Part shown: positions 34,475 to 45,117 of the stretch, piece after piece | Layout of the letters: each line of letters starts with the position of its first letter | Numbering within the stretch: position 1 is the first letter of the stretch | NCBI GenBank assembly: GCA_964495505.1 | Contig: CAZBVM010000001.1 | Span: forward strand, 3,783-61,620 | Reading direction: 5' to 3' | Source of the DNA: an uncultured Candidatus Saccharibacteria bacterium | GTDB lineage: Bacteria > Patescibacteriota > Minisyncoccia > UBA10092 | DNA length: 57,838 bases | Program-made: the position numbers and the translations under genes | Notes under the pieces: model-generated | Database searches by the model: none | What the model was told of the DNA's origin: nothing | The model's input: only the letters and a program-made list of their open reading frames with translations

Positions 34475-35719
34475 ATGCGTCAATCACAACTTTTTGGAAA
34501 AACTTTAAGAGAGACACCGAAAGATGAAGTCAGCGCGAACGCCAAGCTCTTAGAAAGAGGGGGGTTTATTTTTAAAAATTCTGCCGGCGTTTATTCATAT
34601 CTGCCGCTTGGGTGGCGGGTGCTTTCTAAAATTGCTAATATTATTCGCGAAGAAATAAATGCTATTGGCGGGCAAGAAATGTTTATGCCGGCGCTGGTAG
34701 AAAAAAAATATTTAAACGCTACCGGTAGGTGGGACGTAGAAATCGGTTTTGAGGCGCGTGGTAAAAAAGAAAAAACGGCCAATTTTGTTCTCGGCTGGAC
34801 TCACGAAGAGGTCTTAACGGTCATCGCCTTAAAATACGTAAATTCGTATAAAGATCTGCCTTTGGCTGCTTATCAAATCCAAACGAAATTTCGCAACGAG
34901 CCGCGAGCCAAATCTGGATTATTGCGGGGCCGGGAGTTTATTATGAAAGACCTGTATAGTTTTCACGCGTCGGAATCAGATTTTATACGTTATTACGAAG
35001 CAGTTAAAAAAGCATATTTTAAGATATTTGAGCGCTGTGGCCTGAAGCCGGTTTATACGTTGGCTGGCGGCGGCGTTTTTACAGCCGAAAATACCCACGA
35101 ATTTCAAGTTCCAAGCCCCGTTGGCGAAGATACTATTCTGGTTTGCTCAAAATGCGGCTGGGCGGAAAATAAAGAAATTTCCAAATTAAAAGCCGGCAGC
35201 AAGTGCTCCAAGTGCGGCGGAAAAATTAAAGCGGAAAATGCGATTGAAGTAGGAAATCTTTTTCCGCTTGGAACCAAATACTCCGACGCTTTAAATTTAA
35301 AATTTTTGAATTCAAAAGGGAAAAAAGAATCCGTAATCATGGGTTCGTATGGGATAGGATTGGGACGGACAATGGGAGCCGTGGTTGAAACGCACTATGA
35401 CGGTAACGGGATAATTTGGCCGGAATTGGTGGCGCCGTTTCAATTTCATCTGATCGAGCTAAAAAGTTCTAATTCAATCGTTAAAAAGGAAGCGGGGAAA
35501 ATATACAAAATACTTCTTGATAAAGGCGTTGAAGTATTATACGATGACCGCGATGATAAATCGCCCGGCGAGAAATTTGCCGACGCCGATTTAATTGGGA
35601 TTCCAAAACGAATAGTTGTAAGCGATAAAACTTTAGCCAAAAATTCGGTTGAAATAAAAGATAGAAAAACCGGTAAAATTAATTTAGTTAAAATATCTAA
35701 TTTAAAAAATGCTAAATAG
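34475..35719 (+). CDS. proS: Proline--tRNA ligase (short bacterial type, no INS editing domain)
   Basis: MRQSQLFGKTLRE.PKD, YQIQTKFRNEPR...GLLRGREFIMKD.YSF, IEVGN.F.LGTKYS. Confidence 0.92.
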   Translation: MRQSQLFGKTLRETPKDEVSANAKLLERGGFIFKNSAGVYSYLPLGWRVLSKIANIIREEINAIGGQEMFMPALVEKKYLNATGRWDVEIGFEARGKKEKTANFVLGWTHEEVLTVIALKYVNSYKDLPLAAYQIQTKFRNEPRAKSGLLRGREFIMKDLYSFHASESDFIRYYEAVKKAYFKIFERCGLKPVYTLAGGGVFTAENTHEFQVPSPVGEDTILVCSKCGWAENKEISKLKAGSKCSKCGGKIKAENAIEVGNLFPLGTKYSDALNLKFLNSKGKKESVIMGSYGIGLGRTMGAVVETHYDGNGIIWPELVAPFQFHLIELKSSNSIVKKEAGKIYKILLDKGVEVLYDDRDDKSPGEKFADADLIGIPKRIVVSDKTLAKNSVEIKDRKTGKINLVKISNLKNAK

Positions 35720-36743
35720 ATTATTCAAAATTTTGTCTCGCGATATAGGAATTGAGCTCGTGACAGCTAATACCTTAGTTTACGTACGGGGTCGGGGCAT
35801 TATTATTAATGAACCGTCTATCGTGGCCGTAAATAAGAAAACTAATCAGGTGTTAAGCATTGGAGCGGAAGCCAAAAAAATGATCGGCAGAACTCCCGGC
35901 CATATAGTAGCAATACGTCCCCTAATCGAGGGAGTTATTTCTGATTTTGAAGTAACAGAACAAATGCTTAAATATTTTTTTAATAAGGTTCATAAGGACT
36001 CTTATAGTTTTTTAGTGAGGCCGCGAGTGGTTATTGGCATTCCTTCCGGGGTTACTGAAGTGGAACGGCGAGCTGTTAAAGATGCGGCTAAAAATGCCGG
36101 CGCCCGGGAAGTTTATCTCGTGGAAGAACCAATGGCGGCGGCTATCGGATCGCAGCTTCCTATTTCCGAGGCCGTGGGAAACATGATTGTTGATATTGGA
36201 GGCGGCACTACAGATGTGGCAGTAATATCTTTAGGAGGCATTGTTGTGTCGCGCAATTTACGAATAGCTGGCGAAAAAATGAATGAGGATATTATTCAAT
36301 ACGCCAGAGATGAATTTCAACTTCTTTTGGGAGAAAAAACAGCGGAAGAAGTCAAAATTTTAATCGGGTCAGTATCACCCTTAACCGAAAGGTTAACAGC
36401 AACAGTAAAGGGTCGCGATTTGATAAGTGGTTTGCCAAAAGAGATTTTACTAAGCGATGCTGAAATTTGCAAAGCTATTGCCCCGTCAGTTAATGCTATT
36501 ATTTCAGAAATTCGTTCCGTAGTCGAAGAAACGCCTCCAGAACTCTTAAGCGATTTAATGGTTAGGGGAATAGTTTTAGCGGGAGGTGGCAGTATGCTGC
36601 GCGGTCTTGCGGAGATGGTTGCCGAAACTACCGGAATTCCAACAAAACTTGCCGAAGATCCTTTAACTGCGGTAGTTCGCGGTTGCGGCATTATTCTTGA
36701 GGACGTTGAGTCGTTACGAGAAATTTTGGTTAATAATGATTAA
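35709..36743 (+). CDS. mreB: MreB paralog heading the mreCD-mrdA operon (non-canonical phosphate-1 motif)
   Basis: DIGIELVTANTLVY (DLGT replaced by ELVT), IGGGTTDVAVISLGG, VLAGGGSMLRGL. Confidence 0.9.
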   Translation: MLNRLFKILSRDIGIELVTANTLVYVRGRGIIINEPSIVAVNKKTNQVLSIGAEAKKMIGRTPGHIVAIRPLIEGVISDFEVTEQMLKYFFNKVHKDSYSFLVRPRVVIGIPSGVTEVERRAVKDAAKNAGAREVYLVEEPMAAAIGSQLPISEAVGNMIVDIGGGTTDVAVISLGGIVVSRNLRIAGEKMNEDIIQYARDEFQLLLGEKTAEEVKILIGSVSPLTERLTATVKGRDLISGLPKEILLSDAEICKAIAPSVNAIISEIRSVVEETPPELLSDLMVRGIVLAGGGSMLRGLAEMVAETTGIPTKLAEDPLTAVVRGCGIILEDVESLREILVNND

Positions 36744-36774
36744 CATTGGTAAAAATTAGTAATTTAGTATTATC

Positions 36775-37560
36775 ATGAAGTCAAAATTGGTTGTGTTTTT
36801 CATTTTGTTTTTGCTTAGCGCGGCTATCATTTTTTTTAGCCAAAACAGGCCAGTTTTATTATTTAAAAATTATCTTAGCGAAACACTAAGGCCTTTTGAA
36901 ATTGTTTTTAGCCACCTTGGAAACAGATTCTTATTTTGGCAAAATGCTTTTTTGGAAGTAAAGATGTTAAAAGAATCGAATATTAAATTGGCGGCAGAAA
37001 ATCTTGAATTATATGGAAAATTGGCAAAATTACCGCAAATAGAAGCCGAAAACGAGCTCTTAAGGGAAAAATTAAACTTAGCCGATAAAAATTTTTGGAG
37101 CACCAGTTTAGCAAATATTATTGGAAGAGATTTTGAAAATAACCGTTCTTTTATTATAGATAAAGGTATTAATGACGATATTGCAGTTGGCATGTCAGTT
37201 ATTCTTAAGGGAGGCGTGGTTGTTGGAAAAATAAGTGATGTACATTACAATAATTCTAAAGTTAAAACCATAGTTGACACTTCAAGCAAAATTGCGGCCG
37301 TTAGTTCTGCCGGCAAAGTTTCGGGATTAGTGCGCGGTTTGGGCTCTGATATAATTTTTGAGCTTATCGCTAAAAATAAGAAACCAGAAATAGGGGACTT
37401 AATTATTTCTTCTGGTACGGACGGCTTATGGCCGCGCGGTCTTCTTATTGGAAAAGTTAATCAAGTAAAATCAGAAGACAATCAAGTATTTAATACAGCC
37501 GATATTGAATTACTCGCCGATTTTCGAAATTTTGATAGCGTTTTTGTGATTTTAAAATGA
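36775..37560 (+). CDS. mreC: Rod-shape protein MreC
   Basis: N-terminal TM segment, coiled coil with ENLEL..KL, and C-terminal beta-barrel motifs GD.I.SSG.DG..P.GL.IGKV. Position after mreB. Confidence 0.85.
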   Translation: MKSKLVVFFILFLLSAAIIFFSQNRPVLLFKNYLSETLRPFEIVFSHLGNRFLFWQNAFLEVKMLKESNIKLAAENLELYGKLAKLPQIEAENELLREKLNLADKNFWSTSLANIIGRDFENNRSFIIDKGINDDIAVGMSVILKGGVVVGKISDVHYNNSKVKTIVDTSSKIAAVSSAGKVSGLVRGLGSDIIFELIAKNKKPEIGDLIISSGTDGLWPRGLLIGKVNQVKSEDNQVFNTADIELLADFRNFDSVFVILK

Positions 37561-38063
37561 GCAACGACTATAAAAAGTTATTTTTGGTTTTTTCTGCTGC
37601 TTTTTTTCTATTTTTTTTAGCTGGTTTCCAGATAGCCTTTATAAACCGTTTTAGCTGGGGATTTAATATTTTTTTAGTTCTAATTTTATTCTTAATACTT
37701 TCCAAAAATATTTACAGCGCCATTTTTTTAGGATGGTTTGGCGGTTTTTTAATTGACACAGCCCATTTTTCTATATTTGGAATTACCAGTTTAACACTGC
37801 TTTTTATATCGGCTTTTTTAATGATTTTTCAAAAAAAAGCATTACTAATTTCAAAAAATGAAAGCATTTTAATTACAAGTATCTTAGCGGTATTCTTTTA
37901 TCATTTTTTTGAATGGGCAGTAAATAATTTATTTACGGGAGGGCAGGAAAAATTTAGTTTTTACTTTTTAAACAGCGGGATCATGATTGAATTGTTGCTT
38001 ACAGCTATCCTGCTTATGATAATATTTTCCGCTCGCGAGCACCATTTTAGATTAAATGTTTAG
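37557..38063 (+). CDS. mreD: Rod-shape protein MreD (polytopic membrane)
   Basis: 168-aa protein with multiple TM segments, between mreC and mrdA with overlapping stops and starts. Confidence 0.7.
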   Translation: MSNDYKKLFLVFSAAFFLFFLAGFQIAFINRFSWGFNIFLVLILFLILSKNIYSAIFLGWFGGFLIDTAHFSIFGITSLTLLFISAFLMIFQKKALLISKNESILITSILAVFFYHFFEWAVNNLFTGGQEKFSFYFLNSGIMIELLLTAILLMIIFSAREHHFRLNV

Positions 38064-39948
38064 AAATTCATATTTAAAAAAAAATAAAAGTGAAATAGAA
38101 CCGGAAGAAATTCTTCTTGACAAAAAACTGAGAATGAAATTAGAAATTCCTCTTAAAAACAACGGATTTCTGATTATTTTTACCGTTTTTATTTTAATCT
38201 TGGGTTTATTTTGGGGCCGCGCTTTTTGGCTTCAAATTAAAAACGGTAATTATTACGCGTCAAGATCAAATAAAAATAGCATTCGCTTTTATCATATTCG
38301 GTCTCCAAGGGGCATTATTTATGACGTTAATAACCAAGTTTTGGTTTCTAATATTCCGGATTTTAGTTTATTAGTCATCCCGGCTGATTTACCAAAGCAG
38401 GTTGATAAACTAAATGAATGGATAAATCAACTTGCGAAGATCCTTGGAAAAGATAATTTCGAAATAGAAAATTTTGTAAAAAATTTAAATAAGAATTCAA
38501 CGGAACCAGCGCTTTTAAAATCTAATCTGGATAGGGAAACTTTAGTTTCTTTAGAAACTAATTCAGCTACTCTCCCCGCGATATTTGTGAACAAGGAAAC
38601 TCGTCGTGATTATAAAGGAGACGGCTATTTTTCTCATATAATCGGATATGTTGGCAAGACATCTGGAGCTGATTTCAAAAGTAATCCCAATTATTCCATT
38701 TTGGATTTTGTTGGTAAAGACGGACTTGAGGCGCAATATGAAAAAGAATTGCGAGGACTACCCGGGAAAATTGCTGTTTCAGTTGATTCTGAAAACACCG
38801 TTTTAAAAACTTTAACCGCAAAAGAGGCGACGGTTGGCAATAATTTAGTCTTAAATATTGACAGTAATCTACAAAAACTTTTAACCAATGCTCTTAAGGC
38901 CAAAATAACTGAAACCGGTTCAACCGGTGCCGCTGCTATTGTTTTAGACGTTAAATCGGGAGGAATTATTTCTTTAGTAAGTTTGCCGAGTTTTGATTTC
39001 AGTAGCAGAACTTATGAGGAAATTATTCAAGATAAAAATAAACCATTTTTTAATCGCGCTATCAGCGGTTTTTATCCCGCTGGGTCAACAATAAAACCAT
39101 TTGTGGCTTCGGCCGCTTTAGCCGAAAATATCATTAGTCCTGATTCTAAAATTGATGACACATTAGGATACATTAAGATAGAAAACCAATATGATCCCAG
39201 TATCGTTTACACTTATCGTGATTGGAAAGCTCATGGATTTGTAGACATGAGGCGCGCTATCGCAGTTTCAGCTAACGTTTACTTTTACGTTATCGGCGGC
39301 GGTTACAAAAACTTTAAAGGGCTGGGCATAGATCGAATTAAAAAATATTTAAACCTTTTTGGTTTTGGTTCCGATCTCGGAATTGATTTACCTGGTGAAG
39401 CTTCGGGGCTTGTACCGGATCCTTTGTGGAAAAAATCAGCAAAAAACGAAGGATGGTTTACCGGTGACACTTACAACGTTTCCATCGGCCAAGGAGATGT
39501 TTTGGTAACCTCTCTTCAAATGGCCAGCGCCGTTGCTGCGATCGCTAATAATGGCACGCTGTGGAGACCGAGAATTGTCAGAAAAATTACCGATCCCGCC
39601 GGCCAGACAGTAAAAGAATTTAAACCGGAAATTATAAGAAATAATTTTATTGACGCTCATAATCTTCAAATCGTTCGCGAAGGGATGAGAAGGGCGATCA
39701 CTGAAGGTTCGGCCTATCTTTTAAATGATTTACCGATTAAAGTCGCCGGTAAAACTGGTACCGCCCAAATAACCAGTACTTTTAGAAAAACAAACGCTTG
39801 GTTTGTTGGATTTGCTCCTTACGATAATCCGGAAATCGCTTTAGCTATCATTGTTGAGGGCGCTGGCGAAGGTTCAATCGCGGCGGTTCCGGTCGCCAAA
39901 GAAGTTTTTAATTGGTATTATAATAAAAATTATGATAAACTAAAATAA
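38056..39948 (+). CDS. mrdA: Penicillin-binding protein 2 (transpeptidase)
   Basis: SxxK AGSTIKP, SxN SANVY, KTGTAQ. Operon context. Confidence 0.92.
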   Translation: MFRNSYLKKNKSEIEPEEILLDKKLRMKLEIPLKNNGFLIIFTVFILILGLFWGRAFWLQIKNGNYYASRSNKNSIRFYHIRSPRGIIYDVNNQVLVSNIPDFSLLVIPADLPKQVDKLNEWINQLAKILGKDNFEIENFVKNLNKNSTEPALLKSNLDRETLVSLETNSATLPAIFVNKETRRDYKGDGYFSHIIGYVGKTSGADFKSNPNYSILDFVGKDGLEAQYEKELRGLPGKIAVSVDSENTVLKTLTAKEATVGNNLVLNIDSNLQKLLTNALKAKITETGSTGAAAIVLDVKSGGIISLVSLPSFDFSSRTYEEIIQDKNKPFFNRAISGFYPAGSTIKPFVASAALAENIISPDSKIDDTLGYIKIENQYDPSIVYTYRDWKAHGFVDMRRAIAVSANVYFYVIGGGYKNFKGLGIDRIKKYLNLFGFGSDLGIDLPGEASGLVPDPLWKKSAKNEGWFTGDTYNVSIGQGDVLVTSLQMASAVAAIANNGTLWRPRIVRKITDPAGQTVKEFKPEIIRNNFIDAHNLQIVREGMRRAITEGSAYLLNDLPIKVAGKTGTAQITSTFRKTNAWFVGFAPYDNPEIALAIIVEGAGEGSIAAVPVAKEVFNWYYNKNYDKLK

Positions 39949-39965
39949 GTAATAAAATGTGGGCT

Positions 39966-40004
39966 ATCCGCCTTCGCAAAGCTTCGGCGGATGCTCATAT
40001 TTTT
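39966..40004 (+). terminator. Hairpin terminator after mrdA
   Basis: atccgcc-ttcgcaaagcttc-ggcggat followed by gctcatattttt. Confidence 0.5.
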
Positions 40005-40044
40005 AACTAAAATTTATTCATTTCATTCTAAATTTTAGAAAAAT

Positions 40045-40506
40045 ATGGCAAATCAAACTTATTTAAGTCCGGAGGGGATAGAAACTCTCAAAAAAGAGCT
40101 TCAGGAATTAAAAACCAAAAAACGCCAGGAAATCGCCAAGCGTCTGCAAGAAGCGAAAGATCTCGGCGATCTTTCTGAAAACGCCGAGTATTTTGAAGCC
40201 AAGGAAGCGCAGTCATTAAACGAAAATCGCATTGCCGAACTGGAAGAGCTTTTAAAAAATGCCGTGGTAATTAAAACGCCTAGTACTGAAGACATTATTA
40301 GAATCGGATCAACAGTAGAAACAAAACTAAACAATAGTGCGGAAGTATTTAGCATAGTCGGTTCCGCTGAGGCTAAACCCCAAGAAGGGAAAATATCCAA
40401 TGAATCACCTTTGGGGCGGGCTTTTTTAGGGAAAAAAGTGGGTGACGAAGTTGAGGTTAAAACACCGGGCGGCATCGTTAAATATAGAATCATTAAAATT
40501 TATTAG
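40045..40506 (+). CDS. greA: Transcription elongation factor GreA
   Basis: GDLSENAEY..AKE.Q, and C-terminal SP.G.A.LGKKVGDEV.V..P.G. Confidence 0.95.
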   Translation: MANQTYLSPEGIETLKKELQELKTKKRQEIAKRLQEAKDLGDLSENAEYFEAKEAQSLNENRIAELEELLKNAVVIKTPSTEDIIRIGSTVETKLNNSAEVFSIVGSAEAKPQEGKISNESPLGRAFLGKKVGDEVEVKTPGGIVKYRIIKIY

Positions 40507-40518
40507 ACGTTATAATAT

Positions 40519-41883
40519 ATGCCAACGTTAGAAGAACTTCGTCATACGAGGATTCAAAAACTTGAACGTTTAAAAAATAACGGCGTTAATCCTTATCCAG
40601 CAAAAATCAGACGTGATTTTGAAATTAAAAAGATTCTCGATAAATTCTGGTTTTGGCGGCTTACTAAAAAAATATTTTATCTCACCGGTAGGATAAAAAC
40701 TCAGCGCGTCCATGGTAAAGCGACTTTTTTCGACCTTGAAGATACGAGTGGAGAAATCCAGTGTTTTGTAAACCCCGCTGATTTAGACAATAAAAAATCT
40801 TATGATGAATTTACCGCCAATTACGATGTTGGAGATTTTGTTGAGGTTGGGGGATCTATTTTTAAAACTAAGAAGGGCGAAAAAACCGTCAGAGTTAAAA
40901 ACTTTAAATTGCTGGTCAAGACATTACTTCCACTTCCAGAAAAATGGTATGGCTTAAAAGATGTTGAAGAGCGTTATCGTAAAAGATATTTAGATCTTTT
41001 AATGAATAGCGAGGTGAAAGAAAAGTTTTTAAAACGTTCCTTAATTATAAAAGAATTAAGAAATTTTTTTGACGAACGGAGATTTTATGAATTTGAAACT
41101 CCGATGCTCCAGACGATTCCTGGCGGCGCCACTGCCAAACCTTTTAAGACCTACTTAAATGCTTTAAACATGGATTTGTATTTGCGCGTCGCGCCCGAAC
41201 TTTATCTTAAGCGGCTTTTGGTAGCCGGTTTTGAAAAAATTTATGAAATTGGGCGCAATTTCAGAAACGAGGGAATGGACGCGCATCATAATCCGGAATT
41301 CACTATGCTCGAGGCCTATATCGCCTACAAAGATTCCCGCTATTTAGAATATTTCGTGCAGGAATTATTTGAATGTCTGATTAAAAAATTAAATAATGGT
41401 AATCTGATCATAGAATACGAAAGTAATCGCATTGATTTTAGCAAACCTTGGCAACAAAAAAGTTACGATGAGCTGATAAAAGAATATGCTGATTTTGACT
41501 TGGCTAAAAAAAATCTTATTCACCCAACTTTCGTTGTTGGCTTTCCAGCAGAAATTCTGCCACTTTCAAAAACTATGGAAAAAAATCCCGGTAAAGCCGA
41601 TGCTTTTCAAGTTTTTGCCGGAGGATTAGAACTTATAAAAGCTTTTACCGAACAAAACGATCCGCTACAGCAGCGTCAAAAGTTTGAACAACAGGAAAAA
41701 TTAAGAGAAAGCGGGGAAGAAGAAGCGCAACGCTTAGATGAAGATTTTTTAAAGGCCCTAGAGTATGGAATACCACCGGCTGCTGGATTTGGTCTTGGTG
41801 TAGACCGATTGACAATGCTTTTAACAAATTCTCATACCGCGCGGGAAGTGATATTGTTTCCAACAATGAAACTAAAGGAATAA
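40519..41883 (+). CDS. lysS: Lysine--tRNA ligase (class II)
   Basis: R..K...L...G.NPYP, FRNEGMDAHHNPEFTMLE, GLGVDRLTMLLT. Confidence 0.95.
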   Translation: MPTLEELRHTRIQKLERLKNNGVNPYPAKIRRDFEIKKILDKFWFWRLTKKIFYLTGRIKTQRVHGKATFFDLEDTSGEIQCFVNPADLDNKKSYDEFTANYDVGDFVEVGGSIFKTKKGEKTVRVKNFKLLVKTLLPLPEKWYGLKDVEERYRKRYLDLLMNSEVKEKFLKRSLIIKELRNFFDERRFYEFETPMLQTIPGGATAKPFKTYLNALNMDLYLRVAPELYLKRLLVAGFEKIYEIGRNFRNEGMDAHHNPEFTMLEAYIAYKDSRYLEYFVQELFECLIKKLNNGNLIIEYESNRIDFSKPWQQKSYDELIKEYADFDLAKKNLIHPTFVVGFPAEILPLSKTMEKNPGKADAFQVFAGGLELIKAFTEQNDPLQQRQKFEQQEKLRESGEEEAQRLDEDFLKALEYGIPPAAGFGLGVDRLTMLLTNSHTAREVILFPTMKLKE

Positions 41884-41889
41884 GCGTTT

Positions 41890-43104
41890 ATGCCGGATAT
41901 AAAATACATAAGAGAAAATAAAAAAGAAGTAGAAAGAGGCATAAAGGCCAAGGGTTTTGACGCCGATTTGGATTTAACGTTGGGATTGGATGAAAAAAAC
42001 CGGGTACTTGAGCAAGAAATTGAAAAACTTAATTCTGAACGCAAAAAAACTGCTCGGGAAAAAAATATTAAACATGGAAAAGAAATCAGAGAGCAATTAG
42101 TGAATCTTGAAGAAAAAAAGAGAACAGTTCAGAACGAACTAAATGAACTATTTTTAAAATTGCCAAATCTGCCACTTCCGGAAGTGCCGCTCGGGAAAGA
42201 CGAATCTGAAAATGTTATTTTGCGAGAAGTAGGGGAAAAGCCAAAATTCAATTTTTCAGTAAAGGATTATATGGCGCTTGGTGAAAAACTCGGCTGGATA
42301 GATATAGAAAAAGCGGGTAAAGCCATCGGCAGCCGTTTCGGTTATCTTTTGCGCGACGCTGTAGATTTGGAATTTGCTCTTGTGCGTTTTGCCTTTGATG
42401 TTTTGAAGAAAGAGAACTTTATTCCTATTGTTCCACCGGTATTTTTAAAACCGGAAGCAATGCGCGATATGGGATATCTGGATTACAACGAAGACGAAGT
42501 TTATCATCTGGAAAAAGACAATCTGTATTTAATTGGAACTTCGGAACAGGCAATTGGCGCGATGCATATGAACGAAATTCTTGATGCCAAAAAACTGCCG
42601 CTCCGCTATGCCGGATTTTCATCATGCTTCAGGCGGGAAGCCGGCTCTTACGGCAAGGACACAAAAGGAATTTTGCGCGTTCATCAATTTGATAAAATTG
42701 AAATGTTCAGTTTCACTCGCCCAGAAGATTCCAAAAAGGAACATAAATTTTTGCTTTCAATGCAAGAAAAACTAATGAAAGCACTGGAATTGCCTTATCA
42801 TGTGCTTCAGATGTGCGCTGGCGACTTAGGTTTTCAAGCGGCAAATAAAATAGACATTGAAGCATGGCTTCCCGGACAAAACCAATATCGCGAAACCCAC
42901 TCAACCTCAAACGATACAGATTTTCAATCACGACGTCTTAATATAAAATATAAAAATGAAAAAACTGGAAAAAACGAATTTGTTTACACTTTGAATGGCA
43001 CAGCATTTGCCATAGGCCGCATGATAATCGCTATAATGGAAAATTATCAGCAAAAAGACGGCACGATAAAAGTTCCAACAGTGCTTGAAGGATATATGCG
43101 TTGA
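41890..43104 (+). CDS. serS: Serine--tRNA ligase
   Basis: N-terminal coiled coil, FRREAGSYGKDTKGILRVHQF.K.E, TLNGTA.A.GR. Confidence 0.95.
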   Translation: MPDIKYIRENKKEVERGIKAKGFDADLDLTLGLDEKNRVLEQEIEKLNSERKKTAREKNIKHGKEIREQLVNLEEKKRTVQNELNELFLKLPNLPLPEVPLGKDESENVILREVGEKPKFNFSVKDYMALGEKLGWIDIEKAGKAIGSRFGYLLRDAVDLEFALVRFAFDVLKKENFIPIVPPVFLKPEAMRDMGYLDYNEDEVYHLEKDNLYLIGTSEQAIGAMHMNEILDAKKLPLRYAGFSSCFRREAGSYGKDTKGILRVHQFDKIEMFSFTRPEDSKKEHKFLLSMQEKLMKALELPYHVLQMCAGDLGFQAANKIDIEAWLPGQNQYRETHSTSNDTDFQSRRLNIKYKNEKTGKNEFVYTLNGTAFAIGRMIIAIMENYQQKDGTIKVPTVLEGYMR

Positions 43105-43136
43105 AAATCCAAATTTCAAAATCCAAATTTCAAAAA
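43104..43136 (+). repeat. Tandem direct repeat AAAATCCAAATTTC x2 after serS
   Basis: Read directly. AT-rich family flavour. Confidence 0.8.
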
Positions 43137-43174
43137 AGTTCCCTTTCCGGTAATTTTTTGTTATTTTATAAGTA

Positions 43175-44296
43175 ATGAAATTACGTGAAAAAAACCGGCT
43201 CCGAACCTGGATTGAAGTTGATAAGCATGCGATTTTTAGTAATATTTCCGAGTTTCGCAAGCTGATAAAACCGCGAGTGAAATTAATGGCGGTAATTAAA
43301 TCCAATGCTTATGGACATGGCTTGATTGACTTCGCTAAAACGACGGAAAACAAAGTTGATTGGTTTGGGGTGGATTCTATTACGGAAGGGCTAAAATTAC
43401 GCCAAAAAGGCCTTAAAAAGCCTATTTTAGTGCTTGGATACACCTTGCCATCGCGAGTAGTAGAAGCCGCTCAAAATGACATCAGTTTGACCGTTTCAAC
43501 TTTAGACACCATAAAGCATTTGACTGCGCTAAAACATCGACCAAAATTTCATCTAAAAATTGATACCGGAATGCACCGGCAGGGGTTTTTTATCAAAGAT
43601 TTGCCGAAATTTACTAAACTTCTTAAACAATTTAAATTTTTTCCGGAAGGCATTTACACCCATCTGGCGGCCGCCAAAGACCGAGTGTATCCTTCTTACA
43701 GCTTTAAACAAATAGAAGATTTCAAAATAGCTGATGATTTTTTAAAAAAATCCGGATTCGCGAAATATTTACGGCATGCCGCAGCTTCAGCAGGTACTAT
43801 GTTATATCCAGAGTCACATTTTGATATGGTAAGAATTGGCATTGGTCTTTATGGAATGTTTCCGACAAAAGAAACGGAAATTCAAACTAATGTAAAATTA
43901 AAACCGGAGCTGACATGGAAATCAATAGTGGGCGAAATTAAAAACGTTCCGAAAGATGCCTACATCGGTTACGATTTTACGGGGAAAACCCTAAAAGCAT
44001 CTAAATTAGCAATTGTGCCGATTGGCTATTGGCATGGTTTTGACCGGGGTTTTTCAAACTGCGGTGAAATTCTAATAAGGGGCAAAAGATGTAAAGTTCT
44101 GGGACGAGTTAATATGGATATGATTGCAATTGATGTCTCTAACGTTCGAAATGTTAAAATTAATGATGAAGCAATAATTTTGGGTAGTTTTGGAAAAGAA
44201 AAAATAACTGCCGAGGATATGGCGCTGAAAATCGGCACGACAAATTACGAAATTATCACCCGAATTAACCCTCTTATTAAGCGTTTTTATATTTGA
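43175..44296 (+). CDS. alr: Alanine racemase
   Basis: PLP-lysine motif AVIKSNAYGHG. The C-terminal half has PIGYWHGF and RV.MDM. Confidence 0.93.
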   Translation: MKLREKNRLRTWIEVDKHAIFSNISEFRKLIKPRVKLMAVIKSNAYGHGLIDFAKTTENKVDWFGVDSITEGLKLRQKGLKKPILVLGYTLPSRVVEAAQNDISLTVSTLDTIKHLTALKHRPKFHLKIDTGMHRQGFFIKDLPKFTKLLKQFKFFPEGIYTHLAAAKDRVYPSYSFKQIEDFKIADDFLKKSGFAKYLRHAAASAGTMLYPESHFDMVRIGIGLYGMFPTKETEIQTNVKLKPELTWKSIVGEIKNVPKDAYIGYDFTGKTLKASKLAIVPIGYWHGFDRGFSNCGEILIRGKRCKVLGRVNMDMIAIDVSNVRNVKINDEAIILGSFGKEKITAEDMALKIGTTNYEIITRINPLIKRFYI

Positions 44297-44329
44297 AAAT
44301 TGAAAATTAGAAATTGAAAATTAAACTCT
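44297..44329 (+). repeat. AT-rich GAAAATTGAAAATTAGAAATTGAAAATTA repeat abutting the next start codon
   Basis: Contains TTAGAAATTGAAAATTA, shared with 31318-31334. Confidence 0.85.
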
Positions 44330-45115
44330 ATGCCCTCAAGCCGTTATTATAGGTTTAAAACGACAGGTCGGGAAGAAAAAATTAAAAAATTAAAAATTTT
44401 ATTTTTTTTATTATCTGTATTTGGCTTTACTGCGGTTGTATTTTGGCTAATTTTTTTATCATCTCTTTTTAACATTAAAAATATAAATACTTCTGACTAT
44501 ACCGTCCTAAGCCGTGACAATGTTGAAAACATAATTTTAAATATCGCGCCGTTTAAGTTTGGTAAGAATCTATTAATTTTGTCAAAATCTAACCTTAAAT
44601 TAGAACTTGCCGCCGTTTTCCCATCTATAACCGATATAACAATCAAAAAAAAATTATTTCACACTATTATAATTAATTTCAATAAAAGAATTCAGATTGG
44701 CATTTGGTGCAGCGATAATTGTTATTATTTTGACAAAGATGGCGTTGCGTTTGCCAAGACACCTGAAACCGAAGGCAGTTTAATACTAAAAGTAGAAGAT
44801 AAATCAAAAAATAATGTTTCTTTGAGTGATCAAGTGTTAAGCAGCGACCAGATAAATTTTATACTTGCTTTCAGCGGAAAAGTTGCGGAGAATAATAAAT
44901 TTAAAATCTTGGAATTTAAAATAAAACCAAATTCTTCTGTTAATTTAGAAGCTGTAACCGATAAAAATTGGTCAATTTATCTTGACGAAAAACAAGAACC
45001 GATAGAGGCGGTTGGTAATTTATTTTCTATTTTAGAAGAGGCGGTTAAAAACATTGAAAATATAGAGTATGTGGATTTAAGAATTTCCAGCCGCGTTTTT
45101 TATAAATTAAGATAA
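44330..45115 (+). CDS. FtsQ/DivIB-like cell-division protein (TM + POTRA-like)
   Basis: Single TM segment, then a beta-rich region. Position near cell-wall genes. Sequence-level support is weak. Confidence 0.5.
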   Translation: MPSSRYYRFKTTGREEKIKKLKILFFLLSVFGFTAVVFWLIFLSSLFNIKNINTSDYTVLSRDNVENIILNIAPFKFGKNLLILSKSNLKLELAAVFPSITDITIKKKLFHTIIINFNKRIQIGIWCSDNCYYFDKDGVAFAKTPETEGSLILKVEDKSKNNVSLSDQVLSSDQINFILAFSGKVAENNKFKILEFKIKPNSSVNLEAVTDKNWSIYLDEKQEPIEAVGNLFSILEEAVKNIENIEYVDLRISSRVFYKLR

Positions 45116-45117
45116 TA

